Source: Candidatus Micrarchaeota archaeon (lineage in GTDB: Archaea; Micrarchaeota; Micrarchaeia; Norongarragalinales; SBBD01). Taken from it: a stretch of 32,000 nucleotides of DNA. The translations under genes and the position numbers were made by a program. How positions within the stretch are numbered: the stretch's first letter is position 1; the number at the start of each line of letters is the position of its first letter. The stretch covers positions 18,085 through 50,084 of the forward strand of contig JAZDKC010000033.1 of the NCBI GenBank assembly GCA_043803465.1, written 5' to 3'. Shown in pieces: positions 8,431-17,891 of the stretch. The notes below the pieces were generated by a model, which saw only the letters and a list, made by a program, of their open reading frames with translations, was not told the origin of the DNA and ran no database searches.

Positions 8431-11400
8431 TCAATTTTTAAGCTCCTGCCTGATCTGCCGGATTATGCCTTCCGAGTCCGACCACCAATCGCGGGAACCC
8501 ACCCGGAAAACCTTCCAGCCGCGGGATTCGAGCAGATTCTGGCGATAGACATCCCTTTCTTTCGCATCCAATAGGCCCGAATAGTTGAATTTGTCGATCT
8601 CAATCCCCAATGCATATCGATGAGGATCCTCCTTATCGAGAATTGCCAAATCAAGCGCATAGTTGGAATAGCCGACCTCCCTTCTTACGGTCAGCCCTAT
8701 TTTCGAGAGCTGCTCAAATAGCTCGTTTGCAATTTCGCTTATTTGCGCGGCTTGCATTGAGGGGGCTTTTTCATAAGCGGGCCCCCCGCCAAGCGATTTA
8801 AGGATGCCGTTGATTTCTCCCGTATTGTTCTCAGAAACCGCTTTGGCGTATTCCAGGTATTTCCTCAAATATTTTCCGCCGATATTGCTCTCTTCGGTGA
8901 TGCGGAGCTGAAGTGGGTCAATTGAACTAACCACGACGATTTTCTCCCGTGCCCTGGAAACTGCAACATTGAGCCTATGCTCCCCGCCCTCCATTGAAAG
9001 CGTGCCGAATTGGGTGAGCACCTTCCCATCCTCAATTGAAGGCGCATAGCCGATGGAAAAGATTATCATGTCCCGCTCATCCCCCTGCACATTCTCTATG
9101 TTTTTCACAAACAGCGATTGCAATTCCTCGTTCTCCACCCTTTCAAGCTCCCGTTTGTAATGCTGGTAGAATTTGTAGTCGGAAAGCGCCTTTTTCTCTA
9201 GCAGGTTCTCAATAAGGTCGCGTTGTGCGGAGTTGAAGGTGACGACGCCGATCGAAGGCGGATGCGGTTTAACGATCGTTGTTGCGATCAATTCCACGAC
9301 TTTTTCCGCTTCCAAACGGTTTTTCCTCTTTTCCCACAGGCCATGCACTTTGACATAGTCGATTGCGGGCGATTTCCTATGCAAATCAGGAGTGGTTGTT
9401 GTTTGGATTTTTCCGGAATAGAATGCAAAATTTGAAAATGCGATGAGTTCTTCGCGCTTCGATCGATAATGCCAATTCAGCAGCAATTCGGGGTATCTCC
9501 GTTTTGCAAGCTGCAGGAAGCTCTTGATCCCCGAAATCTCCTTCAATTCGGATGTTGAAAGCGAATCATCCTCTTCCTCCGAATCCTGCGCATCGAGATG
9601 GGATGAGAATAGGTCAAATGGGGGGAGCTGCTTTTCATCCCCGGCAACGCAAACCGATTTGGAGCGGTAAAGCGCCGGGATCGCATGCTCGAGTGTGCAC
9701 TGCGACGCCTCATCAAAAATTACCGCATCGAACATCCCTTTTTCCAGGGGGAAAATCGCGGAAACGGTTTCAGGGGAGCACAGCCAGACGGGAAAGACAT
9801 CCATCATGCCTTTCTCCGAAAATTCACGGAGCATTTTCCTCAGGGACCAGGGGTGTTTTGTTTTTTCGGATTGGAATTTTATCTCCTTAAGGTTCGAATA
9901 CCGTTGCGAGGAGAGGAATTCGTGCCACCTTCTTTTGGTTTCCTGGCGCGATTTCAATTTCCGCTTTTCAAGGAGTGAGCGGACTTCGGCCCTATATCGC
10001 CCATAAGTTGCGCCATCCAATTTTTTCAGCACCGGAAGTGCGCTTTCCGCATCGCCAATCCATTTCGAATAGAAGGAATGCCGGATTATCGCGATTGTTT
10101 GCGGCACGTTCTTTTCGCGCGAGAGCGTTTGCGCTGCAATTGACAGCAGCTTCCGTTCATTGTCGTTCAAATCATCCACCATCCTCTGGTAAACAGCCCC
10201 CTTTTGCTTATTCCGAAGTGAATCTTGGAGTTGGATAAGCAGATGCGCTGCGTCCTCCGAGCCTTCGGATGCGAATGAAACCAATTCGGATGAGACATCA
10301 TGATCCAAAATTCCCGCAAGCTCTTTTGCCTCCTTCTCGATTATGCCCATAAGCTTGTTGTATTCGGACATTTTTTCGATTGATTTCAATGACTTGGAGG
10401 TAAACCGGATATTTTCGCCGGCAAGCTCGCGAATCAGGTATTCGGCCGGCAATTTTGACTCCTTATTCGCAATCCGCACGCTTTCAAGGAACCTGTTGGT
10501 TTTGCGCCATTCGCCGTTGGCAAATTTCAGGAATGATTTTGAATTGTCGGGGTGCTTGCGGATTTGGTGCTCCAGCTCGAGGGATTTGGGATACGAATAG
10601 CCCTGGGATTTTAATGAGAGCGCGTGCCATTCATTGGAATTGAATATTTCCGATAGGGATTCGATCAGGCGCAGAAGTTCGCGCAAATGGATTTCCGCTT
10701 GGCGCATCTTTTCCTCAGAAAGCGACGAAAGGGCGCCATTTTGGAGCGATTTGAATGCGCCGTTGCCGTCCTTGCGCAAAAGCGGCAATATGTCGGAAAT
10801 CCGTTCCATCGCATCGGAAAATTCCTGGAAGCTGAATTTTTCCTCCAGTGCATCCAATTCTTCTGTCCTAAGCAAAGCGTCCTTGTCAAGGAGATATAGC
10901 TGCCTTAGGGTCGAACCGCATTTGAGCCGTTTATTTACCCCCAGATGGTATTCGAGAATTTGCAGGAGGATTTCTTCTGAGCGCGTTCCCTTGTCATCCA
11001 CGCTGACCTCCGGAAGCTCCTCCATGGAATTGAAATCGTCAATGTCCTTCGATGCCTTCATGAAAATGTGGGAGCGATCCTTGTTGTAGTCGTGCACAAG
11101 CGCAACCATGTCCCCCAAGCCTATGGCTGCCAGGCGGTGGTACACAACGTCCAATGCCGCACGCTTTTCGCACACCAGGAGGACCTTTTTTCCTTTTGCA
11201 ACGGAATCCGCAATAATGTTCACAATGAGCTGGGATTTTCCGGTGCCCGGAGGCCCGTGAACAGCGATGCCGCCCAATTTTTCCAATGAAAGCAGTGCGC
11301 GTTCCTGCGAACCATCGACATCGGTGACAAAAAATGCCTTCTTCCCGTGGTCTTCGGGCCGCAGCCATTCGGCCTTGTCAGAAGCCTCGCCGTTGAAGAA

Positions 11401-12228
11401 ATCAAATAGCGCGCCTTCCTTTGGGGGATTCTTGATCAGTTCCTCATAATCCGCAAGGAGGGTGGATGATGTTTGCGGGAAAAGGCCCAAAATCGCGTGT
11501 TTCCTGATTTTTATATTCGTGGATTTGATGCGGTTGGATTTTGGCTCATACTGCATTACCGCCTCCTCAAGCGCATCCTTATTTTCGAACTTCATCCCGA
11601 GCTCTTCGCATTTTGCAATTGAGCTGAATAAATAGCCATCCTTGCCCTCATCAATCTCAAAATCATAATTTGGATCAAATTTGACGCGGTTGAATTTCTG
11701 GTATGCGATGATGAATGTCTTGTTCAGGATGGGCTCGCGCTCCTCGTCTGGTATCGCAGTAAATTCCAATTTTTTGTAATCCTTCTTGATCAGTACTGGA
11801 AACAGCACCAGGGGGCATTTGTAATGCGTGCCATCCCCGAATTCTCCTTCAACAAAGGGGTATCCGATGTAAACATCATAATTTCCCGTTTCCTTTTCTA
11901 TGAAATCCGCCTCCCGCTGCAGATGCGAGAGCCTGTAGGATGCGGTCATGTCGTCCTCATTTGGCGTTATCACCCTTACCAGGCGCAGGGGTTTTCGGGC
12001 AACAATTTTATCCGTGAGCCTTTGCGCCTCTGCCTTGCTCTCATTGAACAATTCGTAAAGGTCGAAGTGCAGCCGCATGCTCAGGCGTGAAAGGTGCAGG
12101 GAGCGGTTTGTCTTGCTCACATCGGTGAGCTGGTCGCGCAATACCTCGAGCACTTTGGGCACGGATACCTTCTGGTTGGCCGAGGGGTCCGACAATGCGC
12201 CCATTAGTTTGGTGTATTCGCTATCCAT
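8431..12228 (-). CDS. large SF1 (Upf1/DNA2-like, AAA_11/AAA_12) helicase with a DUF4011-like N-terminus and a C-terminal Vsr/DUF559-like (PD-(D/E)xK) endonuclease domain
   Basis: Walker A GPPGTGKSQ; Walker B/motif II VIFDEASQC; VAGDEKQLPP; NWHYRSKREELIAFSNFAFYSGK; VQGDERDMIIFS; RLNVAVSRAREKIVVVSS. C-terminus YALDLAILDKEDPHRYALGIEIDKFNY...RGWKVFRVGSRDWW resembles DUF559/REase_MTES_1575. A helical insertion of about 430 aa lies between Walker A and B. Confidence 0.9.
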   Translation of the reverse strand: MDSEYTKLMGALSDPSANQKVSVPKVLEVLRDQLTDVSKTNRSLHLSRLSMRLHFDLYELFNESKAEAQRLTDKIVARKPLRLVRVITPNEDDMTASYRLSHLQREADFIEKETGNYDVYIGYPFVEGEFGDGTHYKCPLVLFPVLIKKDYKKLEFTAIPDEEREPILNKTFIIAYQKFNRVKFDPNYDFEIDEGKDGYLFSSIAKCEELGMKFENKDALEEAVMQYEPKSNRIKSTNIKIRKHAILGLFPQTSSTLLADYEELIKNPPKEGALFDFFNGEASDKAEWLRPEDHGKKAFFVTDVDGSQERALLSLEKLGGIAVHGPPGTGKSQLIVNIIADSVAKGKKVLLVCEKRAALDVVYHRLAAIGLGDMVALVHDYNKDRSHIFMKASKDIDDFNSMEELPEVSVDDKGTRSEEILLQILEYHLGVNKRLKCGSTLRQLYLLDKDALLRTEELDALEEKFSFQEFSDAMERISDILPLLRKDGNGAFKSLQNGALSSLSEEKMRQAEIHLRELLRLIESLSEIFNSNEWHALSLKSQGYSYPKSLELEHQIRKHPDNSKSFLKFANGEWRKTNRFLESVRIANKESKLPAEYLIRELAGENIRFTSKSLKSIEKMSEYNKLMGIIEKEAKELAGILDHDVSSELVSFASEGSEDAAHLLIQLQDSLRNKQKGAVYQRMVDDLNDNERKLLSIAAQTLSREKNVPQTIAIIRHSFYSKWIGDAESALPVLKKLDGATYGRYRAEVRSLLEKRKLKSRQETKRRWHEFLSSQRYSNLKEIKFQSEKTKHPWSLRKMLREFSEKGMMDVFPVWLCSPETVSAIFPLEKGMFDAVIFDEASQCTLEHAIPALYRSKSVCVAGDEKQLPPFDLFSSHLDAQDSEEEDDSLSTSELKEISGIKSFLQLAKRRYPELLLNWHYRSKREELIAFSNFAFYSGKIQTTTTPDLHRKSPAIDYVKVHGLWEKRKNRLEAEKVVELIATTIVKPHPPSIGVVTFNSAQRDLIENLLEKKALSDYKFYQHYKRELERVENEELQSLFVKNIENVQGDERDMIIFSIGYAPSIEDGKVLTQFGTLSMEGGEHRLNVAVSRAREKIVVVSSIDPLQLRITEESNIGGKYLRKYLEYAKAVSENNTGEINGILKSLGGGPAYEKAPSMQAAQISEIANELFEQLSKIGLTVRREVGYSNYALDLAILDKEDPHRYALGIEIDKFNYSGLLDAKERDVYRQNLLESRGWKVFRVGSRDWWSDSEGIIRQIRQELKN

Positions 12229-12431
12229 GAACTGCCCACTTTGACAAAATGGGCGTTAAAGGAATATAAATGGTTCGTTTAAATCAGGAAAAAATAATTA
12301 CGGATTTAAGCGAGCGTTAGAAGGGTTTGCGAAAGGCCGCACGGTCACCAACTTCGGGAAGTCATCTGCTAGAAACAGATTGCGATAGCCTTAAATAGGG
12401 GGCAAAATTAACCCTTTAAAGGTGATGGTCA

Positions 12432-12845
12432 ATGGGATCTCCGGATTTCTTGGTTCCTTGGGTGTTGTTGGGAATATGGTTCGCGCTATTCAACTGGCTC
12501 GGAACAGGCACAATGCTCGAGAAATGGGGTAAAAAGAAGGGTTTTGACAAGCTGATAAAGAAAGAAAGCAGCAAACTATTCATGCTTCAGGCGCTCAACG
12601 CGTTCGTGGAGGCATTCTTCATTTACCTGATCTTCATCATGACCGCGATGGTTGGCTTGTATAACAGCTACTCATTCTGGCTGTTCTATGCGCTCCTCGG
12701 AGTGGTGGTGCAGATTCCGGTGAGGGTGGGAATGGCCTTGACAATGAACCTGCCTGAAAGGTTCCTCCTAGGGGACATGGTCGGGGGGATCTTCAAGTAC
12801 GTCGTTGGCGGCTGGATACTGCTGCAATTCCCGGTCGCATTCTGA
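12432..12845 (+). CDS. small integral membrane protein, hypothetical (4 predicted TM)
   Basis: AGGTGAT SD 6 nt upstream of the ATG. Hydrophobic segments are present throughout. No family recognised. Confidence 0.5.
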   Translation: MGSPDFLVPWVLLGIWFALFNWLGTGTMLEKWGKKKGFDKLIKKESSKLFMLQALNAFVEAFFIYLIFIMTAMVGLYNSYSFWLFYALLGVVVQIPVRVGMALTMNLPERFLLGDMVGGIFKYVVGGWILLQFPVAF

Positions 12846-12871
12846 TTTCTTTTTTTCCTTTTTATTTTTTT
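12846..12871 (+). terminator. oligo-T tract (archaeal-type terminator)
   Basis: tttctttttttcctttttattttttt begins immediately after the TGA at 12843-12845. Confidence 0.45.
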
Positions 12872-12925
12872 ACGCCTAAATGGCATCAGATTGTTTAATA
12901 TATTTCCCCAATCACAAATTAGAGT

Positions 12926-13450
12926 ATGATGGATTATTCCCGGCTAAATATGCGGAGGAGTAGCGGTGCAACACGCTTTTGGCAGAGGCATCCCCTGCTG
13001 AAAAGGGCCATTGTAATAACAACAATCCTGTCCGTTCTCCCGGGATTGAACTTCCGCTGGAAAAATGGCGGCGCAGCGATCAATGCATCCCATCCGATCG
13101 ATTCGGGAAGGCGCTTTTCAATAACGCTTTCGAAGGATTTCCTTAGGCGGATCGATTCCCTCGGCACGAGGTATGGCATTTCGAGGGAGGCCGCCACCTA
13201 CGCCCTCTCATTGCCTCCCGATTCAATACCGAAGTTCAGGGAGGAGATTACGCCCCGAAGGAATGCCCATTCGGGCCAGCATTACCACTATAATGACACA
13301 AATTGGATCGTTCAGCCCCGAAATAGCTGCGATATGGCCGGAGTATTGCTTATGCTCGAGGATCTGGAAAAGCCCCACGGCGTAGAAGTGGATTTCCTAA
13401 AAGGGGCCATAAGGACTTTGGCAAAGGAACGCAGATCAGAGGAGCGCTAG
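12926..13450 (+). CDS. hypothetical protein with a possible ribbon-helix-helix-like segment
   Basis: The segment RRFSITLSKDFLRRIDSLGTRYGISREAA resembles a CopG/RHH strand-helix-helix. The rest is unassigned. The 3' end overlaps convergent alaS by 4 nt. Confidence 0.4.
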   Translation: MMDYSRLNMRRSSGATRFWQRHPLLKRAIVITTILSVLPGLNFRWKNGGAAINASHPIDSGRRFSITLSKDFLRRIDSLGTRYGISREAATYALSLPPDSIPKFREEITPRRNAHSGQHYHYNDTNWIVQPRNSCDMAGVLLMLEDLEKPHGVEVDFLKGAIRTLAKERRSEER

Positions 13451-16107
13451 AGGATTTTGCCCCTTGCAAAGCTCTTGTTGCCGCCGCCTTTCGCATTCTT
13501 CTTCTTCAACAGCTCCAACGCGTTCTCACAGCTCTTCTCGTTTACTGCAGAAACAACAAAACCGCCGTTGTTGACCAAAATGGCGGCCATTCCATCACTT
13601 CCGGCAATTTCAAGCGCGAGTTTTTCCAACAGCGGCGGGGAAAGCGACACCTTTGCATCCACAAGCTTCTTGCCATTCGCTTTCGCTTCATTAACCAGCT
13701 TATGGGAGAGTGCATCGGCAACATCCTCGTGCGCCTGCTCCAATTTCTTTCCGCGCTCCTTCCATTCCTCGAAGAAGCGTTTGACAGTTGCGGGAAGTTG
13801 TTCCTCCTGCACCCGAAGCTCATCACTTGCCTGCCTTAGTATCTCCTCCCTTTGCTGTATCCATTTTATCGCTTGCAGGCCTGCATTGTACCTGATGCGC
13901 ACTACGCCGTCCTGGATCTGCTCGCAGCCAACAATCTTGATGATTCCGACCTGCCCGCTATTATCGCAATGCAAGCCTCCGCATGCTTCCACATCAACGC
14001 CCTCATACTCTACAACCCGGAGTATGTTCCCAATTGCACCGCCTCCTTGGTATAGGCGGAAACCAAACTTCTTCTCAGCTGCACCCCTGTCCATGAAGTT
14101 GATGATTACGCGAACATTATCGAGGACATGATTGTTCGCGATTTTTTCAATCTGGTTCAGCTGCCCTATTGAGGGCTTTTCATAATGCGTGATATCCAGG
14201 TGTGCCCCCTCCTCCTCCTTCTTTGCGCCCGCCTGCCAGATGTGCTTGCCTAGCACTTCCCTGCAGCCCGCTATCATGATGTGAGTGGAAGAATGATGCC
14301 TCCGCAATGCCATGCGCCTTTCCGGATCAACCTTTACCTCGCATTGATCGCCCACTTTAAGTTTGGAAGGATCGCTTACGGTATGCAAAACAATGTCATC
14401 CATCTTTTGCGCATCAATAACTTTTGCTTGGCCGATGGATCCTAAGTCCGCAGCCTGGCCGCCGCCTTCGGGATAAATGATAGTGCGGTCAAGCACCACT
14501 TTGTTGCCAAAAATTGCCAAAACCTTGGATTTGTCGGTTAATTTATTTGCATCGTCGTAGTATGCAAGTTTCGTCTTGGGCAGTTTGGCGAATTTGGGAT
14601 CGTCGAGGAGCGGCTCCTTTTTCGCTTTCTCCACCATGATGTGCCTTTCCGTGATCTTTCGGTAATAATCAGCAGGAATTTTGGCCTCGATTTTCATTTC
14701 TGCTGCGACTTTTTCCAGGATTTCCGGGGTGACGCCATGCGATTCATACAATAGCCGGAGTTTGTCCGCATTCATTTCGCCTTTCTTTATGATTTCCGAC
14801 GCCATCCCGGATGCCTTCCCCTTGGTTTCGTTGTATTTTTGCCTCTCGATTCCAAGTATTTTCTGGATGCCCGCAAGGTTTTCGGAAAGTTCGGGGAATA
14901 GCGGCCTATACCCCTTTGCCTGAAGGTTCATTATATCGAAAATGTCGAACCCGAAGTTATATTCGTCCATGAAGCCAAAAGCCCTGCGCAAAAGGATCCG
15001 CAGATTGTACCCGCCGGCGGAATTGGACGGAAGTGCGCCATCCGAAAGCGCGAACAGCATGGTCCTTGAGTGATCCGCTATGGCATATATTGCCTGAAGG
15101 GGAGAGATGCTCTTTTCCAGCTCTTGAAGGCTTATGCCCAGGCTCTTTGCAATATTTTCCTTCTCCTCCCTGAGGTTGTGCACCTCCTCGATGTTCAATT
15201 TGGATGCAAGCCGCGCATACCTCCCAAACAGGTTGGAATCGATTTCGAAGTCCGCTTTTTTCCTCATGAACGAGATCTCTTCCGGAAATACGGAATCGAA
15301 TGCAGTCGGTGTGCGGTTGTAGAACCATTGCAGGCGCTCCAAACCCCAGCCCACATCGATCACGCGCGTATTCAGCTCCTCGAATTTGCCATTTTCAGTT
15401 GCCCTGAACTGCATGAAGACGCTGTTTACCAGCTCCAGGCCCCCGGAAAAGCTCTCGATAGAGGGGCCGAAGGCGGAGAAGTCGGGCATGTGCCACAGGT
15501 CCTCCCCGTAGGAAATCTCATTTTTTGGGATGCCCATTACCTGCGTCAATAATTTATAATTCAAATCAATGCATTCGTCCTTCCAATATCCTCCGCTTTT
15601 CCCCTTTTCCTTGAATGCATGCTGCCCCGCCATCGTGAAGCAGCTCAGGTGCCTTCCGGTTATGCCTACATTCGCAATGTCGACGAAACGAAGGCAGGGC
15701 TGCGGAACCATCAGGGGATTTGCGGGGTATTCGAAGACGACCTTCCCCTTCTCCAAACGCTGGAAATCCACAATGCTGGCAATGGTGAAATATAGGTCAT
15801 CCCTCCACCGGCTAATCACGGGGTACCTGGCCAAAATTTCATGGCCGTTCTTCTTCCAGAAATCAGAAAATTTCTTCCAGAATTGAATGTAATTGAGATG
15901 CTCGGAGGCAGGTTTGGGCTTGTTGAAGAAGGTGTAATCATTATGGGCGGAGTCGCCGCAATTGCCGGTTTCAGCTGCAGACCAGAACGCCTTCCCGCAG
16001 TATCTGCACTTCCTGCGCGAGAACCCCTCCTTCCTGAAAAGATCCACTTCGTAGTATTTCTTATAGTCCTGCTCGAATTCCCTGACCAGGTTCTCTTTCG
16101 AAAGCAT
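13447..16107 (-). CDS. alaS: alanine--tRNA ligase (archaeal type)
   Basis: Archaeal AlaRS N-terminus (RRKCRYCGKAFWS). Class II core. Editing domain HxxxH (HHSSTH) and CxxxH (CGGLHC) motifs. C-terminal DHHA1-like tail. ATG at 16107 (MLSKENL...) is preferred over the track's TTG at 16128. Confidence 0.95.
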   Translation of the reverse strand: MLSKENLVREFEQDYKKYYEVDLFRKEGFSRRKCRYCGKAFWSAAETGNCGDSAHNDYTFFNKPKPASEHLNYIQFWKKFSDFWKKNGHEILARYPVISRWRDDLYFTIASIVDFQRLEKGKVVFEYPANPLMVPQPCLRFVDIANVGITGRHLSCFTMAGQHAFKEKGKSGGYWKDECIDLNYKLLTQVMGIPKNEISYGEDLWHMPDFSAFGPSIESFSGGLELVNSVFMQFRATENGKFEELNTRVIDVGWGLERLQWFYNRTPTAFDSVFPEEISFMRKKADFEIDSNLFGRYARLASKLNIEEVHNLREEKENIAKSLGISLQELEKSISPLQAIYAIADHSRTMLFALSDGALPSNSAGGYNLRILLRRAFGFMDEYNFGFDIFDIMNLQAKGYRPLFPELSENLAGIQKILGIERQKYNETKGKASGMASEIIKKGEMNADKLRLLYESHGVTPEILEKVAAEMKIEAKIPADYYRKITERHIMVEKAKKEPLLDDPKFAKLPKTKLAYYDDANKLTDKSKVLAIFGNKVVLDRTIIYPEGGGQAADLGSIGQAKVIDAQKMDDIVLHTVSDPSKLKVGDQCEVKVDPERRMALRRHHSSTHIMIAGCREVLGKHIWQAGAKKEEEGAHLDITHYEKPSIGQLNQIEKIANNHVLDNVRVIINFMDRGAAEKKFGFRLYQGGGAIGNILRVVEYEGVDVEACGGLHCDNSGQVGIIKIVGCEQIQDGVVRIRYNAGLQAIKWIQQREEILRQASDELRVQEEQLPATVKRFFEEWKERGKKLEQAHEDVADALSHKLVNEAKANGKKLVDAKVSLSPPLLEKLALEIAGSDGMAAILVNNGGFVVSAVNEKSCENALELLKKKNAKGGGNKSFARGKIL

Positions 16108-16175
16108 AAACAGCCCAAATAATAACAAATAGAAGGAATATAAATTAATTCACAGAAGTATTAATAGAGTGCTTT

Positions 16176-17882
16176 ATGCCCGGCTCCAAGTACCCATATA
16201 TGCCGAAGAACGAGCTTGACCGCGAAATCTCAAAAGCCAGGGGCCTTTATTTAAATAACCTGAAACTTTCTCAGGGGAAATCCGTTAAGGCCCTTTTCGA
16301 TAGAATCGAGACCGGCACCAGAATGATGCACCAATACGGTATTGCGGACCGTGATGCCCTTCATTCCATGCTGTACCGGGCTTTGCCATCTAGAATCGTA
16401 AAGACCCTGCCCCTCGAGGCGCCTGCGGTAGATTTGATCAATAATTATTCTGCCTGGGTCACACGACCCCATGTAAAACGCGAGGTTGGAAATATTGAGG
16501 ACTATATTGAAAGCGTTCGGAATAGCCATTTGGGTATCCTATCCCTGAGGATGTTCGATAGATTCGCCAAATTGGACCAGATACGCAGGAATTCGTCAAA
16601 ACCGATACACACGCTTCCAGAGGCAGCGAACATAGGGAAGGAAATATTGAACACTCATTCGCTAATAGCTCGTTTTCTGGGTTATGAAAACCTCCGGGAG
16701 GATATGACAAACCTCGCTTTGGAAGCGACCGCACCCAAATTATTATCCGGAATCAACAATATTGTCGACAATGAGTTCAAGAAAAACAAGGACGGGGTAA
16801 ACGCCACATTCGCCATATTGCATAAGTTCGATCCATCCGGGAGCTTGGCATCATCGTTCATCAGGAAAAAAAGTGCGGCAAGCGTATTGGAAAAGTTGGT
16901 AAGGAGGCTGACGGAAAAAATTTCCGAATTGGACAAGAAAGCCAATGAACTCGAAGAAGAGAGAAAAATAGGCACTCGCCCGAAACAGCAAATAGCGAAT
17001 AATCTAAGGGACGTTAGAAACTTAAAACGGAAACTTGAGGAAAGGAGGCGTAGCATCCCATCCTTGCGAAGCCTTCCGGAATGGGCCGAAAAAATGATCC
17101 GGGATCCCGAATCCTTTTTTGATCTCGTGGCTATACGGTTTGTTTTAAATTCAAAAAAGAATGATGATTGTTTCAAATTAGCAGACGTAATAAAGGACAA
17201 CTTAGGGGAAAAGAACGTTAGAATCCAACACGACTATATAAGCAACCCCAAACCCAACAACTATCAGTCGCTCCATTTGAAGGTAAAATTGCCGGGGGGT
17301 GCCGTGGAATTCCAAATTAGGACTTTCGATATGGATCGCAGGGCAAGTGAGGGCTCCGAACAGATGCATGCGATATATAAAAGCAAATCGAAAAATTTGC
17401 CGCCTTCATTGATTGCTTCGTTGCTGTTTTTAAGGAAGGCGCTTAAGGAACGCAAGCCCCTCGATCACGCAGCCCAATTCTACTATGAATCCGAACTTGG
17501 GGTTCATGATGCGAACATAGGCAGGAAGTTGTACATTCCTGAGGGCGCCACCTATGCGGATTATCTTGTCAAACACCATTTGCTCCCCAATGTGAAAAGG
17601 ATCAGAACGGTCTCCGTTCAGAGAATTGGACCGGCGGATAGGTCGGAGGAGCTAGTAGTTCCCATTTACAGCAGGGTGCAAGATGGCGACATACTCCTTG
17701 GACCCCGTGAAATCGGGTATACGGACAAACCTGAAATCAGATTATTGGCATTTTCAAGTCTTCCGAGCACACATGCGGCGATAACAGAGGCCCATCCCCA
17801 CTTGAACAAATTTGAACTTAGGACCATACTATACGAATACCGGCGGAAATTCAAAAGAACACATGCGGATTTTCCACTTTGA
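16176..17882 (+). CDS. RelA/SpoT-homologue (RSH) nucleotidyltransferase: alarmone-synthetase fold with a TGS-like C-terminal domain and an unassigned N-terminal domain
   Basis: RxKxxxSxxxK (R230-K240: RKKSAASVLEK). D..AIR (FFDLVAIRFVL, D316). HDYISNPKPNNYQSLHLKV. EFQIRTFDMDRRASEGSEQMHAIYKS. Then LYIPEGATYADYLVKHH...VQDGDILL resembling a TGS domain. No HD hydrolase doublet was seen in residues 1-225. Confidence 0.8.
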   Translation: MPGSKYPYMPKNELDREISKARGLYLNNLKLSQGKSVKALFDRIETGTRMMHQYGIADRDALHSMLYRALPSRIVKTLPLEAPAVDLINNYSAWVTRPHVKREVGNIEDYIESVRNSHLGILSLRMFDRFAKLDQIRRNSSKPIHTLPEAANIGKEILNTHSLIARFLGYENLREDMTNLALEATAPKLLSGINNIVDNEFKKNKDGVNATFAILHKFDPSGSLASSFIRKKSAASVLEKLVRRLTEKISELDKKANELEEERKIGTRPKQQIANNLRDVRNLKRKLEERRRSIPSLRSLPEWAEKMIRDPESFFDLVAIRFVLNSKKNDDCFKLADVIKDNLGEKNVRIQHDYISNPKPNNYQSLHLKVKLPGGAVEFQIRTFDMDRRASEGSEQMHAIYKSKSKNLPPSLIASLLFLRKALKERKPLDHAAQFYYESELGVHDANIGRKLYIPEGATYADYLVKHHLLPNVKRIRTVSVQRIGPADRSEELVVPIYSRVQDGDILLGPREIGYTDKPEIRLLAFSSLPSTHAAITEAHPHLNKFELRTILYEYRRKFKRTHADFPL

Positions 17883-17891
17883 AAATTATTT

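Noticed and set aside
12229-12431. Possible tRNA, small RNA or small ORFs in the 203-bp helicase-upstream intergenic region
   Set aside because: I could not fold any cloverleaf and saw no T-loop GTTCRANYC-type box. Only 6- and 16-codon ORFs without an SD are present. The weak palindrome ttaaataggg...cccttTaa near 12395-12423 is probably promoter or 5'-UTR sequence for the 12432 gene.
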